Under the pieces are notes generated by a model that had not been told where the DNA came from, ran no database searches, and worked only from the letters and a program-made list of their open reading frames with translations. From a virus, in IMG/VR virus record IMGVR_UViG_3300045988_051605, positions 1 to 46,631 of that record: 46,631 nucleotides of DNA. The stretch is one strand, 5' to 3'. Of the stretch, positions 19,188 through 27,316 are shown one piece after another. The number at the start of each line of letters is the position of its first letter. The stretch's first letter is position 1. The translations under genes and the position numbers were made by a program.

Positions 19188-20036
19188 TCACGGATGAACG
19201 ACACTTGGCACAGACGCCATCAAGCCCGTAGCACCCCTAGCGAGTGCCATATCAGCCTGTTGTCGAGTTGTAATGATATGGGCAATCAAAGGCTTACCAG
19301 TCGCCTTCAGAACATCCCACACACTCTGGTCAGCGTTCCATTCCATGCCCAGCACATCAAAGGATGACAGGTCCGCACCAGCAACCTCATTCGGGTACAT
19401 CATGCACATGGACTTGTACCCCTTCGCCTTCGCACGCCCAGCGACACCGCCATTTATAAACTGCTTGATCAGCACCCGATCCTTCGCATTTGGGATGGTG
19501 TCGAGATAATCGAACAGCGCATTCTCAGAGTCCATATCCCCCTGCGAACCAGTCGGCTTACTAGACGTCACCTTATGGTCGATAGCCAACACAATGTCGT
19601 CCCCAACCTGGTTGACAACATCGGTGAGCCTCATGAAGCCTCCGGATGCCTGCCGCAGGCCAGACAACTCAGACCACGGAGTATTCCAGATCTGATACTC
19701 CGTCCCTGGCACCGTACGGGTCGTCACCCAATCGTGGATCAGAACAAACTCGCCGGTGGCGCAGCGACGCACCGATAGCTCCAAGGCCTTGAAACCGGCC
19801 TTCAATGACTCTGTAAGGCCCTTTTGAGTGAACTCTGGGTACTCGGTACCGCCCAACCTGTGCGCCACGTAGAAAGGCTTAGAGGCCAGGAAACGGTCAA
19901 CGACACTGCCAGTCGGCGCAGGCACAGGCTTCGACACCGCGCGAGTGCCAGCCACCCACCTGTCGCCCCCCTGAGCACGCTCCCACATCGTGCCACGCAC
20001 GTCACCACCAGTGCGACGCAACCACAGATCAGGCAC
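19188..20036 (-). CDS. Glycerophosphodiester phosphodiesterase (GDPD) domain protein, 282 aa (GTG start uncertain)
   Basis: YVAHRLGGTEYPEFT...ALELSVRRCATGEFVLIHDW matches the GDPD HR..E..E/D..HD pattern. Overlaps the upstream gene by 8 nt. Confidence 0.75.
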   Translation of the reverse strand: MPDLWLRRTGGDVRGTMWERAQGGDRWVAGTRAVSKPVPAPTGSVVDRFLASKPFYVAHRLGGTEYPEFTQKGLTESLKAGFKALELSVRRCATGEFVLIHDWVTTRTVPGTEYQIWNTPWSELSGLRQASGGFMRLTDVVNQVGDDIVLAIDHKVTSSKPTGSQGDMDSENALFDYLDTIPNAKDRVLIKQFINGGVAGRAKAKGYKSMCMMYPNEVAGADLSSFDVLGMEWNADQSVWDVLKATGKPLIAHIITTRQQADMALARGATGLMASVPSVVHP

Positions 20037-21048
20037 CGGGGATCACCACCTGCACACCAAGACCATTCGTCGACTGAGCGTTCGGGTACGTGAACGTAGC
20101 GTCCGTGTCGCCCTTACCTTGTGCGACAGCCACCGTCTGGAAGTTAGGCCCAGACTGAGCCGCGAAGTCCACAAGCTCCCAACCATCACTCAGTGTGATC
20201 TGCCTACGGGTCTCCCCACTAAGAGAACGCTCAAAAGCGTACGCGAACACAAGACCAGTGCTCGGAGCCTTCGGAGCCGTGACCGTCGTAGTTTCCTTCG
20301 GCTCCTTCGTACGATCCTTCGTACTACCTGCCGTAGGCGTGCCACCACCGCGCACCGACAGGGCCACATATCCTGCCTCGACAGCCTTGGCAGTCTTCAA
20401 GGTGATGGACTCAGACCACGGGCCGTAGGCAATAACAGACTGCTGGGTGCCGACCCAGTAAGGTTCGACAAGCACCGTCCAGCCAGCAGGCCACGTGAAC
20501 ACCTGATCAGGCTGGGCCTTCACGTTGAGCGCGACAACCACCATGTCCCCGGCCTGTCCATCGACAGTGACCGTGCCTGTGTCGCCCGTGTACTGACCGC
20601 CCACGTGAGCAATCAGCGTCGGCGTCGTTGCAGCGTGTTCAATAAGGAAGTAGTAGGAGCCGTCAGGCAGTGCCTCAGCTTCTGCCTTGGAGGCCACCAC
20701 GTGAATCTCAGGCCGCGTCACGTTGACGTTAACGACAGGTGCAGCGGGGGGTGAAGGCACAACAGGTGTGGCCCCAACCAGCGCGCTCAGCGATACCTCC
20801 TGATCAACCGCGAGACCAATCTCCTTCTCCACGATGACGCCACCGGGGCCTGTGATACGCACGTCGTACGTGCCTGGCTCAAGGTCAATCGACACCGGCT
20901 GCATCGTGTTCTGCACAACGTAGCCACCGACAAGGATGTCAGTGACAGGATTGTTCGATCCGACGGGGTTAGGCTTAGGCGTCACGTACAGGCTGATCAT
21001 CACGTGATCACCCGCGGGTGTCTTAACGCTACCGACAATGCGAGGCAT
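20029..21048 (-). CDS. Hypothetical beta-rich protein with Pro/Thr linkers, 339 aa; possibly virion- or wall-associated
   Basis: ORF track; RBS aaggag upstream of ATG 21048. Its end overlaps the GDPD gene start, consistent with translational coupling. Confidence 0.6.
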   Translation of the reverse strand: MPRIVGSVKTPAGDHVMISLYVTPKPNPVGSNNPVTDILVGGYVVQNTMQPVSIDLEPGTYDVRITGPGGVIVEKEIGLAVDQEVSLSALVGATPVVPSPPAAPVVNVNVTRPEIHVVASKAEAEALPDGSYYFLIEHAATTPTLIAHVGGQYTGDTGTVTVDGQAGDMVVVALNVKAQPDQVFTWPAGWTVLVEPYWVGTQQSVIAYGPWSESITLKTAKAVEAGYVALSVRGGGTPTAGSTKDRTKEPKETTTVTAPKAPSTGLVFAYAFERSLSGETRRQITLSDGWELVDFAAQSGPNFQTVAVAQGKGDTDATFTYPNAQSTNGLGVQVVIPGA

Positions 21049-21081
21049 TGTTCAACTCCTTAAATAATTGTGAATAGTAAT

Positions 21082-21112
21082 GTGGCCCTGCCACACGATG
21101 AGACAGGGCCAC
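21082..21112. terminator. Stem-loop downstream of the holin-like gene
   Basis: 9-bp stem gtggccctg / cagggccac with a 13-nt loop. Confidence 0.5.
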
Positions 21113-21119
21113 GATGCAA

Positions 21120-21380
21120 TCAGTCGGTGTCACTGTCAGGCACGCCATAGGCCGGTGCCATATAGGTGCCGCCCGTATGAACAACAGCAATGATCAGGCC
21201 GACAACAGAGAAAACCTGTTGGGCCACGCCCGTCCACTGCTCCCAGTTCTCAGCGGTCCACCCCCCGTAAGCGACACCGACCATGCCGATGGCAGCAACC
21301 AGACCATAGAGAGCCTTACGGCGCTCAGGGGTGAGCACCGTCCACTTCGTACGGTCAGTGGTCAGAACTTCATTCTTCAT
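21120..21380 (-). CDS. Holin-like protein with two TM segments, 86 aa
   Basis: RBS aaggaggtttagag then ATG. Hydrophobic segments ALYGLVAAIGMVGVAYGGW and VFSVVGLIIAVVHTGG. Adjacent to the endolysin gene. Confidence 0.65.
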   Translation of the reverse strand: MKNEVLTTDRTKWTVLTPERRKALYGLVAAIGMVGVAYGGWTAENWEQWTGVAQQVFSVVGLIIAVVHTGGTYMAPAYGVPDSDTD

Positions 21381-21422
21381 CTCTAAACCTCCTTATACAC
21401 ATTATACAAACCGTGAACATAC

Positions 21423-21462
21423 AAAAAGCCCCTGGACACTTAAGTAGCATCCAGGGCTTTTT
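21423..21462. terminator. Bidirectional intrinsic terminator between the endolysin and holin-like genes
   Basis: aaaaagcccctgga / tccagggcttttt stem (one bulged C) with a 13-nt loop. U-tract in both orientations. Confidence 0.75.
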
Positions 21463-21476
21463 GTTTAGTTCCCAAC

Positions 21477-22499
21477 TCAGTGCTGCGTGACAAGCCTCAC
21501 AATACCGTCAGCGTCCTGCTCAACCGTCATCCGACCGCGGATAAGCTTGCCATCTTCACCAAAGATCGAGCATCCACCATCAAGACGGGTCTGGCACAAG
21601 CCGACAGCCATAGCACCCGTATCAGTCAAGAAGTAATCGTCCCCCTGATACGACAGCCACCCGGTACGCATAGCACCATTAGCTTCCAGGTAATACCACT
21701 TACCCTTGAGCTGAATCCAGCCGGTCTGCATTTCGCCCTTCGAGTTCAGGTAGAACCAGTGTTCGCCATCCTTCACCCAACTGGTCTCCATAGCACCATA
21801 GCGCCCATCATGAACCGGGTGCAGGTAGTACCAGTCACCGTCGATGAACTGCCATCCAACCTGAATCCAGCCCTTCTCATTGGCGTAGTACCACGAACCT
21901 TTGACAGTGAACCAGCCAGTCTCGAAGTTGCCACCGGGCAGCCGATACCACCAGCCACCATCCTGCGACACCCAGCCCTCCTTGTTCAACAGCTCAAGGT
22001 CAAGGTCGTCGTAGTACTGCTGAGCCTTCTCAATGTAGTCGTTCGCATACGTATCACGCAGCGAAGCCGGGCAAGCAGTCGAGTAGAAGTCACTATGGGG
22101 GAAGACGTTCACTCGCCACTGCGGACGGCCCAAGCCGTAACCTCGACACAAGGCAGCAGTGAGGTGCGCACCAGCATCCAGCGTCTCCTCACTAATGTTC
22201 CACCCGCCATCAGCTCCTGTGGAGTTCGCGTGCTCAATACCGATCGACTTCTTGTTCACGCCCGGGCAATGCCACGCCGTGTCGGAGTCATGGACATACT
22301 GGCAAATATTACCATCAACGTCCACATCATAATGCGCACTCGTACCATTCGAGCTGAACGCACCATACACGCCACTAAAGCTCATCGCCTTACCAGCGTT
22401 ATGGTGGACAATAACACGATCAAGAGCGTTACCTCCACGCCCTTCATCGAAGTTGTCAATCCACATATTCGTGTCGGCAACGAGGTCTTGCCAATTCAT
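21477..22499 (-). CDS. Endolysin: N-acetylmuramoyl-L-alanine amidase (Amidase_2/PGRP type) plus C-terminal cell-wall-binding repeats, 340 aa
   Basis: VIVHHNAG...SIGIEH...STACPA amidase motifs. At least six GW..G.WYY-type repeats (choline-binding/CW_binding_1 style). ATGA overlap with the upstream stop at 22496..22499. Confidence 0.85.
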   Translation of the reverse strand: MNWQDLVADTNMWIDNFDEGRGGNALDRVIVHHNAGKAMSFSGVYGAFSSNGTSAHYDVDVDGNICQYVHDSDTAWHCPGVNKKSIGIEHANSTGADGGWNISEETLDAGAHLTAALCRGYGLGRPQWRVNVFPHSDFYSTACPASLRDTYANDYIEKAQQYYDDLDLELLNKEGWVSQDGGWWYRLPGGNFETGWFTVKGSWYYANEKGWIQVGWQFIDGDWYYLHPVHDGRYGAMETSWVKDGEHWFYLNSKGEMQTGWIQLKGKWYYLEANGAMRTGWLSYQGDDYFLTDTGAMAVGLCQTRLDGGCSIFGEDGKLIRGRMTVEQDADGIVRLVTQH

Positions 22500-22780
22500 C
22501 TCTTCAACTCCCAATGTCCGAAGTCTCTCAGTTCCGTTTCAATCATATCAGCAAAGAACTTCTCCCCTTCCGGGGTCACATATGTCTGCCAATGATAACT
22601 AGGCCGCTTACCACCCCGAGTAATAGCCCGACGCACACCAAGCAGACCCTCAGCCTTCTGTGTTGGCACATTAATACCTCCACGGCGCTTCAGATAACCC
22701 TCACGAGCCAGCAGCCTAATGACCTTAAAAGCCCCGATACTACCAATGCTCTTAGCAAACTCAAGCAGACTAGGCTCCAT
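22496..22780 (-). CDS. Small basic protein, possibly a winged-helix DNA binder, 94 aa
   Basis: ORF track; ATG 22780 overlaps the upstream TGA (TGATG). Confidence 0.55.
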   Translation of the reverse strand: MEPSLLEFAKSIGSIGAFKVIRLLAREGYLKRRGGINVPTQKAEGLLGVRRAITRGGKRPSYHWQTYVTPEGEKFFADMIETELRDFGHWELKR

Positions 22781-23205
22781 CACACACCATCCACATCAGT
22801 AAAGAAAGCAGCAAACGGATCATCACCCGGATCAGTGAACATGATATCAACAGGTGCAGGCTCAGTATCGATAGGCCGCAGAACATCCTTCGGACGCCGC
22901 ATCGCCTTCAAAATAAGCGTCCAATCGATAGGCAGGTAATCATTCAACAGGATCATGTCCTTGATATTCAGATTGCCCCGGACCAGCTTATTGTAGAAAT
23001 ACCTATCCGAGTGTGCTCCAACCTTGCGCCCATCCTTGAACGCCGACAGGCCCGCGTCAATGAACTGCGCAAGCACAAGCGCTCGAAAATCATCAAGACG
23101 AGCCTCGACATCAGCTGGGTAATCCATCTTCTTTCGCGACGCTCGCGCATTCGCCATCCGCGCACGTGCAGCTTCCAGCTTCGCGGGATTCTCGATCTTA
23201 CTCAC
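22780..23205 (-). CDS. Hypothetical protein, 141 aa (GTG start overlapping the nrdH stop)
   Basis: ORF track; GTGA overlap with the upstream gene. Confidence 0.6.
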   Translation of the reverse strand: MSKIENPAKLEAARARMANARASRKKMDYPADVEARLDDFRALVLAQFIDAGLSAFKDGRKVGAHSDRYFYNKLVRGNLNIKDMILLNDYLPIDWTLILKAMRRPKDVLRPIDTEPAPVDIMFTDPGDDPFAAFFTDVDGV

Positions 23206-23447
23206 TTGCCAGCCTCCTTCTTGATCAAATCAGGGCGGAACCCCGACCAATGCTTCACGATAGCTCCATTGGCATCCTTCACAACAACGACAGGGGCCTG
23301 ACTGTACCCGAGGCTCTGAATGAACGACAGGGCCTCAAGGTCCTCAGACACATCCACACTCTCGTGCGGGGCACCCAGCCCATTCAGCTTGCGGTACGTA
23401 GCCACACACTGAGGGCAACGAGGCTTAGAGTAAACAGTAATGCTCAA
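23202..23447 (-). CDS. nrdH: NrdH-like glutaredoxin, about 81 aa (TTG start proposed)
   Basis: SITVYSKPRCPQC redox motif and the WSGFRPD signature. The TTG at 23447 lies 7 nt after the dut stop and gives a canonical NrdH N-terminus. Confidence 0.8.
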   Translation of the reverse strand: MSITVYSKPRCPQCVATYRKLNGLGAPHESVDVSEDLEALSFIQSLGYSQAPVVVVKDANGAIVKHWSGFRPDLIKKEAGK

Positions 23448-23454
23448 TTTCTTC

Positions 23455-23856
23455 TCACTTTCCAGTCGAACCAAAGCCACCCTTACCACGACTCCTCGTG
23501 GACAAGACAGGCTCAGCGTACAATTCAGACAGGTTTTCTAGTCGCAGGACCACGATCTGCGCAATGCGCTCATGCTCTTCAAGAACGACAGGGCTGTCGG
23601 TCAGGTTATGCAGCGGCACAAGAACCTCACCCTCATACCCGGAGTCGATCACACCGACACCATTGGCGAGAATCAAGCCCTTCTTGTGCAGCGACGAGCG
23701 GGCAAAGACAAGGCCGACAGCATCCCCGGGGATGTCGAACATTTGCGGCGTGTAGCCTGTCTTCACCATGATGGTCTCATGAGGGTAAATGATGTATGGG
23801 ATCGGCACCTCCAAGTCACACCCCGCGTCACCGCTATGCTGCCTGTAAGGTCGCAT
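23455..23856 (-). CDS. dut: dUTP diphosphatase, 133 aa
   Basis: DAGCDL, ARSSL, GVIDSGYEGE and RGKGGFGSTG motifs. RBS gaggaaggagaaagaa then ATG at 23856. Confidence 0.9.
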   Translation of the reverse strand: MRPYRQHSGDAGCDLEVPIPYIIYPHETIMVKTGYTPQMFDIPGDAVGLVFARSSLHKKGLILANGVGVIDSGYEGEVLVPLHNLTDSPVVLEEHERIAQIVVLRLENLSELYAEPVLSTRSRGKGGFGSTGK

Positions 23857-23889
23857 TTCTTTCTCCTTCCTCTTTGTTGGTAATAAAGT

Positions 23890-23919
23890 GGGGGCCTGTC
23901 TTATGTTCGACAGGCCCCC
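23890..23919. terminator. Strong stem-loop upstream of dut
   Basis: 11-bp perfect stem gggggcctgtc / gacaggccccc with an 8-nt loop. An A/T-rich tract follows on the minus strand. Confidence 0.65.
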
Positions 23920-24007
23920 GTTGTGCGTGTTGTCAGCCCGCACAAGGCCCGTACCTGGAAGGACGGACCCTCCTAGTACGTGTTCCTGAGATCAGAGGCG
24001 CGCTGTC

Positions 24008-24406
24008 TCAGGCCGTCTTATCAACCAGCGCCCACGAGAGGGCTTTGTCGAGGGCTTCCTCACTGCTATGGCCACTTGCGTTCCAGAGGATAGCGTCGAG
24101 GGCAGTGCCCCAAGGGTCAGTTTCATTCGCCTCTAGGCTATGCAGTCGTGCCTCCTGCGCAAGCTCATCCAGCTCCTTGAACTCTGCGTCGTGCAGCCAG
24201 TAAGCGAACAGTGGCACATTCACGTTGTACTTGACGTTGTGATGCCCCCAATCAGACTCCCAGCCGCTAATGTCATGCACACCGCCGTTACTGTCGGTGA
24301 ACTGGAACTCTGGATGATCGAGGAGACCTGTGTACATACACATGTCACACGAGCCGTCAGTGTCCATGTACGTGTTGTCGTTGTAGTCGGTCAGTCGAAG
24401 TTTCAT
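24008..24406 (-). CDS. Hypothetical acidic protein, 132 aa
   Basis: Start MKLRLTDY with RBS gaaaggagaaacaac then ATG at 24406. The longer ORF-track start would read through the tRNA. Confidence 0.7.
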   Translation of the reverse strand: MKLRLTDYNDNTYMDTDGSCDMCMYTGLLDHPEFQFTDSNGGVHDISGWESDWGHHNVKYNVNVPLFAYWLHDAEFKELDELAQEARLHSLEANETDPWGTALDAILWNASGHSSEEALDKALSWALVDKTA

Positions 24407-24428
24407 GTTGTTTCTCCTTTCATTGTGG

Positions 24429-24514
24429 TGGTCCCCTTGATGAGAGTCGAACTCATACTCCTTACTGGAACCCGGGTTTGAGCCGAGCGCGTCTTCCTGT
24501 TCCGCCACAAGGGG
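24429..24514 (-). tRNA. tRNA-Leu: tRNA-Leu (anticodon CAA), 86 nt, type II with long variable arm, CCA encoded
   Basis: Hand fold: acceptor ccccttg/caagggg. D arm tggcggaacaggaagacgcg is close to E. coli tRNA-Leu. Anticodon stem ctcgg/ccggg with loop ctCAAac. 14-nt variable arm. T arm atgag-ttcgact-ctcat. Discriminator A plus CCA. Confidence 0.85.
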
Positions 24515-24520
24515 GTGGTG

Positions 24521-24565
24521 CCCCCTCAACACTCACCGTCCCTTGCTTGCAAGGAGTTGAGGGGG
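24521..24565. other. Long imperfect stem-loop 6 nt upstream of the tRNA-Leu 5' end
   Basis: Outer stem ccccctcaac / gttgaggggg, inner stem ccttgc / gcaagg, and an 8-nt bulge. Confidence 0.5.
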
Positions 24566-24605
24566 GCTATTCAGTTATGTATTCAGCATAGCACGGGTAC
24601 AAACA

Positions 24606-24950
24606 CTATGCTTCGTGACCTGGATCAATCAACACATTGACGTAATCCTGTTCCAGGATCAAGGCAAGAAGCACGTCAGCATCATGCCGGATACCTTCAG
24701 CCTCAAAGCGGTTGACGGTTACCCAATGCTGATCAGTCACCTTCAGGAATGTCCCGTGCTTCTCAGTGACAACGACACTGCCCTTGGTCGTAATGTCATT
24801 GAAGTCCTCACAACTCAGGATAGTTGCAACTTCTCGCTTGCCGACACCCTCTACATACATGATCTTCACTTTATTGAGGGCCATTGTGTGCAGCTTCTTG
24901 TAGCCTTCTCGCACCTCATCAAAGGTGTCAATGTATTCCTGGTTGTTCAT
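24606..24950 (-). CDS. Hypothetical protein, 114 aa
   Basis: Start MNNQEYID with RBS ggaaggagaaaagta then ATG at 24950. Confidence 0.7.
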   Translation of the reverse strand: MNNQEYIDTFDEVREGYKKLHTMALNKVKIMYVEGVGKREVATILSCEDFNDITTKGSVVVTEKHGTFLKVTDQHWVTVNRFEAEGIRHDADVLLALILEQDYVNVLIDPGHEA

Positions 24951-25087
24951 TACTTTTCTCCTTCCAATAGCTGTTTGCAGTATTCCAATACAAGACCCCA
25001 ACTAGAGTTGTAGGGGTTATAGCGATGTTCAAGATTAGCTATAGTCTTGATTTCTTGAATAATGCATCGTTCGTTAATGTCCGTCAT
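24950..25087 (-). CDS. Small hypothetical protein, 45 aa (below the ORF-track cutoff)
   Basis: Hand translation MTDINERCIIQEIKTIANLEHRYNPYNSSWGLVLEYCKQLLEGEK. ATGA overlap at its start and TAATG overlap at its end. Confidence 0.5.
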   Translation of the reverse strand: MTDINERCIIQEIKTIANLEHRYNPYNSSWGLVLEYCKQLLEGEK

Positions 25088-25356
25088 GCTTCAACCATTG
25101 CTCTATCAATCTGGAGCATCATTTTTGCAAACAACTGTACAGTGTTCCAGTCGGCATCATCTCTCTGTGAGTGTGCAATGGCATAAATTTCTACAACATC
25201 TTGAAACTGGTGGTAGTTGAGGCTTTCTAGCTCAGGACTGTCGAAAATCAGAACAATCTCACTAAACTTTGCTACCTTATCCCACTCAACACTGTCCGAT
25301 TTAGTCTTAGCAATCCTACCAATTTCCTTAGTCAGATTGGCCAGTTCGGCATTCAT
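25084..25356 (-). CDS. Hypothetical protein, 90 aa
   Basis: ORF track; strong RBS gaaggagaagacta then ATG. Confidence 0.7.
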   Translation of the reverse strand: MNAELANLTKEIGRIAKTKSDSVEWDKVAKFSEIVLIFDSPELESLNYHQFQDVVEIYAIAHSQRDDADWNTVQLFAKMMLQIDRAMVEA

Positions 25357-25531
25357 TAGTCTTCTCCTTCAGTTCAGAGTACTTCCAACTCTTAACATCA
25401 CCATATGTAAACATAATGGTGCAATCTTCACGTCTACGACGGTGCGAAGCCCTATGACTGGCAATACCAAGATAGTTAAAAGACCTAGCACAGGTATAGC
25501 AATAGCAATCTTTACTTAGTCTTGCTCGCAT
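25328..25531 (-). CDS. Small basic protein with a C2H2-like zinc-finger pattern, 67 aa
   Basis: CYTC followed by 11 residues then HRASH (C-x2-C-x11-H-x3-H). Confidence 0.55.
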   Translation of the reverse strand: MRARLSKDCYCYTCARSFNYLGIASHRASHRRRREDCTIMFTYGDVKSWKYSELKEKTNECRTGQSD

Positions 25532-25763
25532 TATTCATCCAATCATAGATTATTGCTTCAGCGACACCCCGGCACGAGGAATAGTTCAGAGCATAACCAG
25601 GGTATAGCTCTTCAAGGGCCTCGTCCGTGTCCCACCAACCCTGCCAGTTATCCACACCCAGCCAGTCAGCAACGTTCATGCTCACTGCCTGTGAAAAGAC
25701 TTCACGAAGCCACTCTTCAGTGACGACGAACTTACCATCACCAATGTACTGAACGTCATCCAT
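25512..25763 (-). CDS. Hypothetical Trp/Asp-rich protein, 83 aa
   Basis: Start MDDVQYIG at 25763 overlaps the upstream TGA (TGATG). Confidence 0.6.
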   Translation of the reverse strand: MDDVQYIGDGKFVVTEEWLREVFSQAVSMNVADWLGVDNWQGWWDTDEALEELYPGYALNYSSCRGVAEAIIYDWMNNASKTK

Positions 25764-25975
25764 CACACCAGCACCATCCAATCTTCCTCAACAGTCTTAG
25801 ACATTAGATCATCCGACATACCAGAGCTAAGAAGAACATCCAACTGATTCACCCAGAAGTACTCATACTCCCCAGTAACCACCTTAAAGTACCTATTACC
25901 CTCTGTATCGATCAGAACAGCACCAAGCGCGAGACGACCAAACGGAATAGGCAGCTCACTAAACTTAATAAGCAT
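25763..25975 (-). CDS. Hypothetical protein, 70 aa
   Basis: ATG 25975 overlaps the upstream TGA (TGATG). Confidence 0.6.
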   Translation of the reverse strand: MLIKFSELPIPFGRLALGAVLIDTEGNRYFKVVTGEYEYFWVNQLDVLLSSGMSDDLMSKTVEEDWMVLV

Positions 25976-26373
25976 CAATTATCGCCTCCACTGACCTGCA
26001 CATCGACATCAGGCAGCAGCTCTTCAGGACGGAACTGCACCTTGTAATGATAGGTGCCCACAGAAGCAGGATCCATCTGCTCCACGAAGTAGGTGACGTT
26101 ATCTGAGATACCCAGATAATGCTTCTTATACTCTCCGTCACCCGTCTTGCAGGTGACCTCAAGCTGAGCATCCTCCTTATCCTTCGTGATCGAACACAAA
26201 CCCTCAATGCTGAGAAGATACTTATCGGTGATCCCGTTCACGAACACCACACGACGCATCACGCGGAAGTTATCTGAGTCATTGCTCAGGTTGTACGAGG
26301 CCGTCTGAGCCGGGGTACAAGCCCCAAGAGACAGCATGAGTGCACCTGTCATGGCAACCAGCTTATGGTTCAT
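25975..26373 (-). CDS. Predicted lipoprotein, 132 aa; candidate superinfection-exclusion or surface protein
   Basis: Signal peptide MNHKLVAMTGALMLSLGAC with lipobox L-G-A-C. Confidence 0.7.
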   Translation of the reverse strand: MNHKLVAMTGALMLSLGACTPAQTASYNLSNDSDNFRVMRRVVFVNGITDKYLLSIEGLCSITKDKEDAQLEVTCKTGDGEYKKHYLGISDNVTYFVEQMDPASVGTYHYKVQFRPEELLPDVDVQVSGGDN

Positions 26374-26540
26374 TTGTTCTCATTCTCCTTTGCTCGATAT
26401 TCGACAACAGTCATTGCACGGCAATACTTATGTGTTGCATACGCCGCATGAGCGTCAGCCTCATCTTTGGTTTCAAAAAGACCGATGATGCCAGGGTCAT
26501 CGCAGTCCAAATCCCATACAGCGTACAGAGCATCCAACAT
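26370..26540 (-). CDS. Small hypothetical protein, 56 aa (below the ORF-track cutoff)
   Basis: Hand translation MLDALYAVWDLDCDDPGIIGLFETKDEADAHAAYATHKYCRAMTVVEYRAKENENK. RBS gaaggaggactgaa then ATG. ATGA overlap with the next gene. Confidence 0.6.
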   Translation of the reverse strand: MLDALYAVWDLDCDDPGIIGLFETKDEADAHAAYATHKYCRAMTVVEYRAKENENK

Positions 26541-26613
26541 TTCAGTCCTCCTTCAGTAGTGCGTTAGCATCGACAAATGCAGCGCGACGGATAAAGTTCG
26601 ATGGTGTTCTTTA

Positions 26614-26946
26614 TCAGAGAATCCCATAGTGGACGACACGCACGACATCCTGAGTCGAACGCACAGTATCAGCGAACTCCTCGTGGGTGTACATATGACC
26701 GTCGTATCCGACCCACACCAACTCACCGCGGGAACCATTACCAACGACACGCATTGCTTCCCAGGCGCCGACACAGATGACAGTGCCCGGCTCGATGTCG
26801 AGGGAGTCCATCACGATTCGTAGGCACTCAGGAGTGAAGCACTCAAACTGCGTGCTGGTAAGGTCGGATGTGGCGGTGGTGATATTGGCTTCCTCAAGAG
26901 TTTTGACGAATGCCTTGATGAGCGGGTCAAGCTCAGTCGTTGTCAT
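26614..26946 (-). CDS. Hypothetical protein, 110 aa
   Basis: Start MTTTELDP with RBS caaggagaacaaca then ATG at 26946. Confidence 0.7.
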   Translation of the reverse strand: MTTTELDPLIKAFVKTLEEANITTATSDLTSTQFECFTPECLRIVMDSLDIEPGTVICVGAWEAMRVVGNGSRGELVWVGYDGHMYTHEEFADTVRSTQDVVRVVHYGIL

Positions 26947-27241
26947 TGTTGTTCTCCTTGTCTGTGTTGGTGCCCGTGTTGGTGTCCAAAGGGTCAAACA
27001 GGACCACGGGCAGGTTGTTAGGGTCTTTGTGCATCCGGGCCACAAACTGTTCGTGGCTAAGGGAGTGACCAGTGCGGGCTGCAAGCCACTGGTGGGGCCC
27101 CTTTGAGGCATCGACAAGCACGAAGATGCTGTTCCTTAGGCGTACGACAGTGCCGGGGACCATGTTGTATGTGGCGATCCTTTGTGGGTTGTTGTCGGGC
27201 GCCTGGGTTTTGGCGATGAACTCACTGGGGTGTAGGTTCAT
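26933..27241 (-). CDS. Hypothetical protein, 102 aa; first gene of the leftward arm
   Basis: Start MNLHPSEF with RBS cgaaaggagaaaaac then ATG at 27241. Confidence 0.7.
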   Translation of the reverse strand: MNLHPSEFIAKTQAPDNNPQRIATYNMVPGTVVRLRNSIFVLVDASKGPHQWLAARTGHSLSHEQFVARMHKDPNNLPVVLFDPLDTNTGTNTDKENNNDND

Positions 27242-27270
27242 GTTTTTCTCCTTTCGTTGTCGATACTCAT

Positions 27271-27299
27271 ATCTTAGCAGCCAATCATTGAGTATGCAA
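27271..27299 (-). promoter_or_regulatory. Sigma-70-type promoter for the leftward arm (TTGCAT, 17 nt, TAAGAT)
   Basis: Read on the minus strand: -35 at 27299..27294 and -10 at 27276..27271, about 30 nt upstream of the first leftward start. Confidence 0.55.
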
Positions 27300-27316
27300 C
27301 GTGACTTGACCCACAA

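Noticed and set aside
19134-19191. Longer N-terminus (GTG at 19191) for the 4-TM membrane protein
   Set aside because: The extra 19 codons would be encoded by the terminator hairpin 19146..19183 and have no RBS. ATG 19134 is preferred.
21480-22595. 371-aa plus-strand ORF
   Set aside because: It is antisense to the endolysin, whose amidase and wall-binding repeats are unambiguous.
26553-26774. 73-aa minus-strand ORF
   Set aside because: It overlaps the better-supported 26614..26946 gene in another frame and has no RBS.
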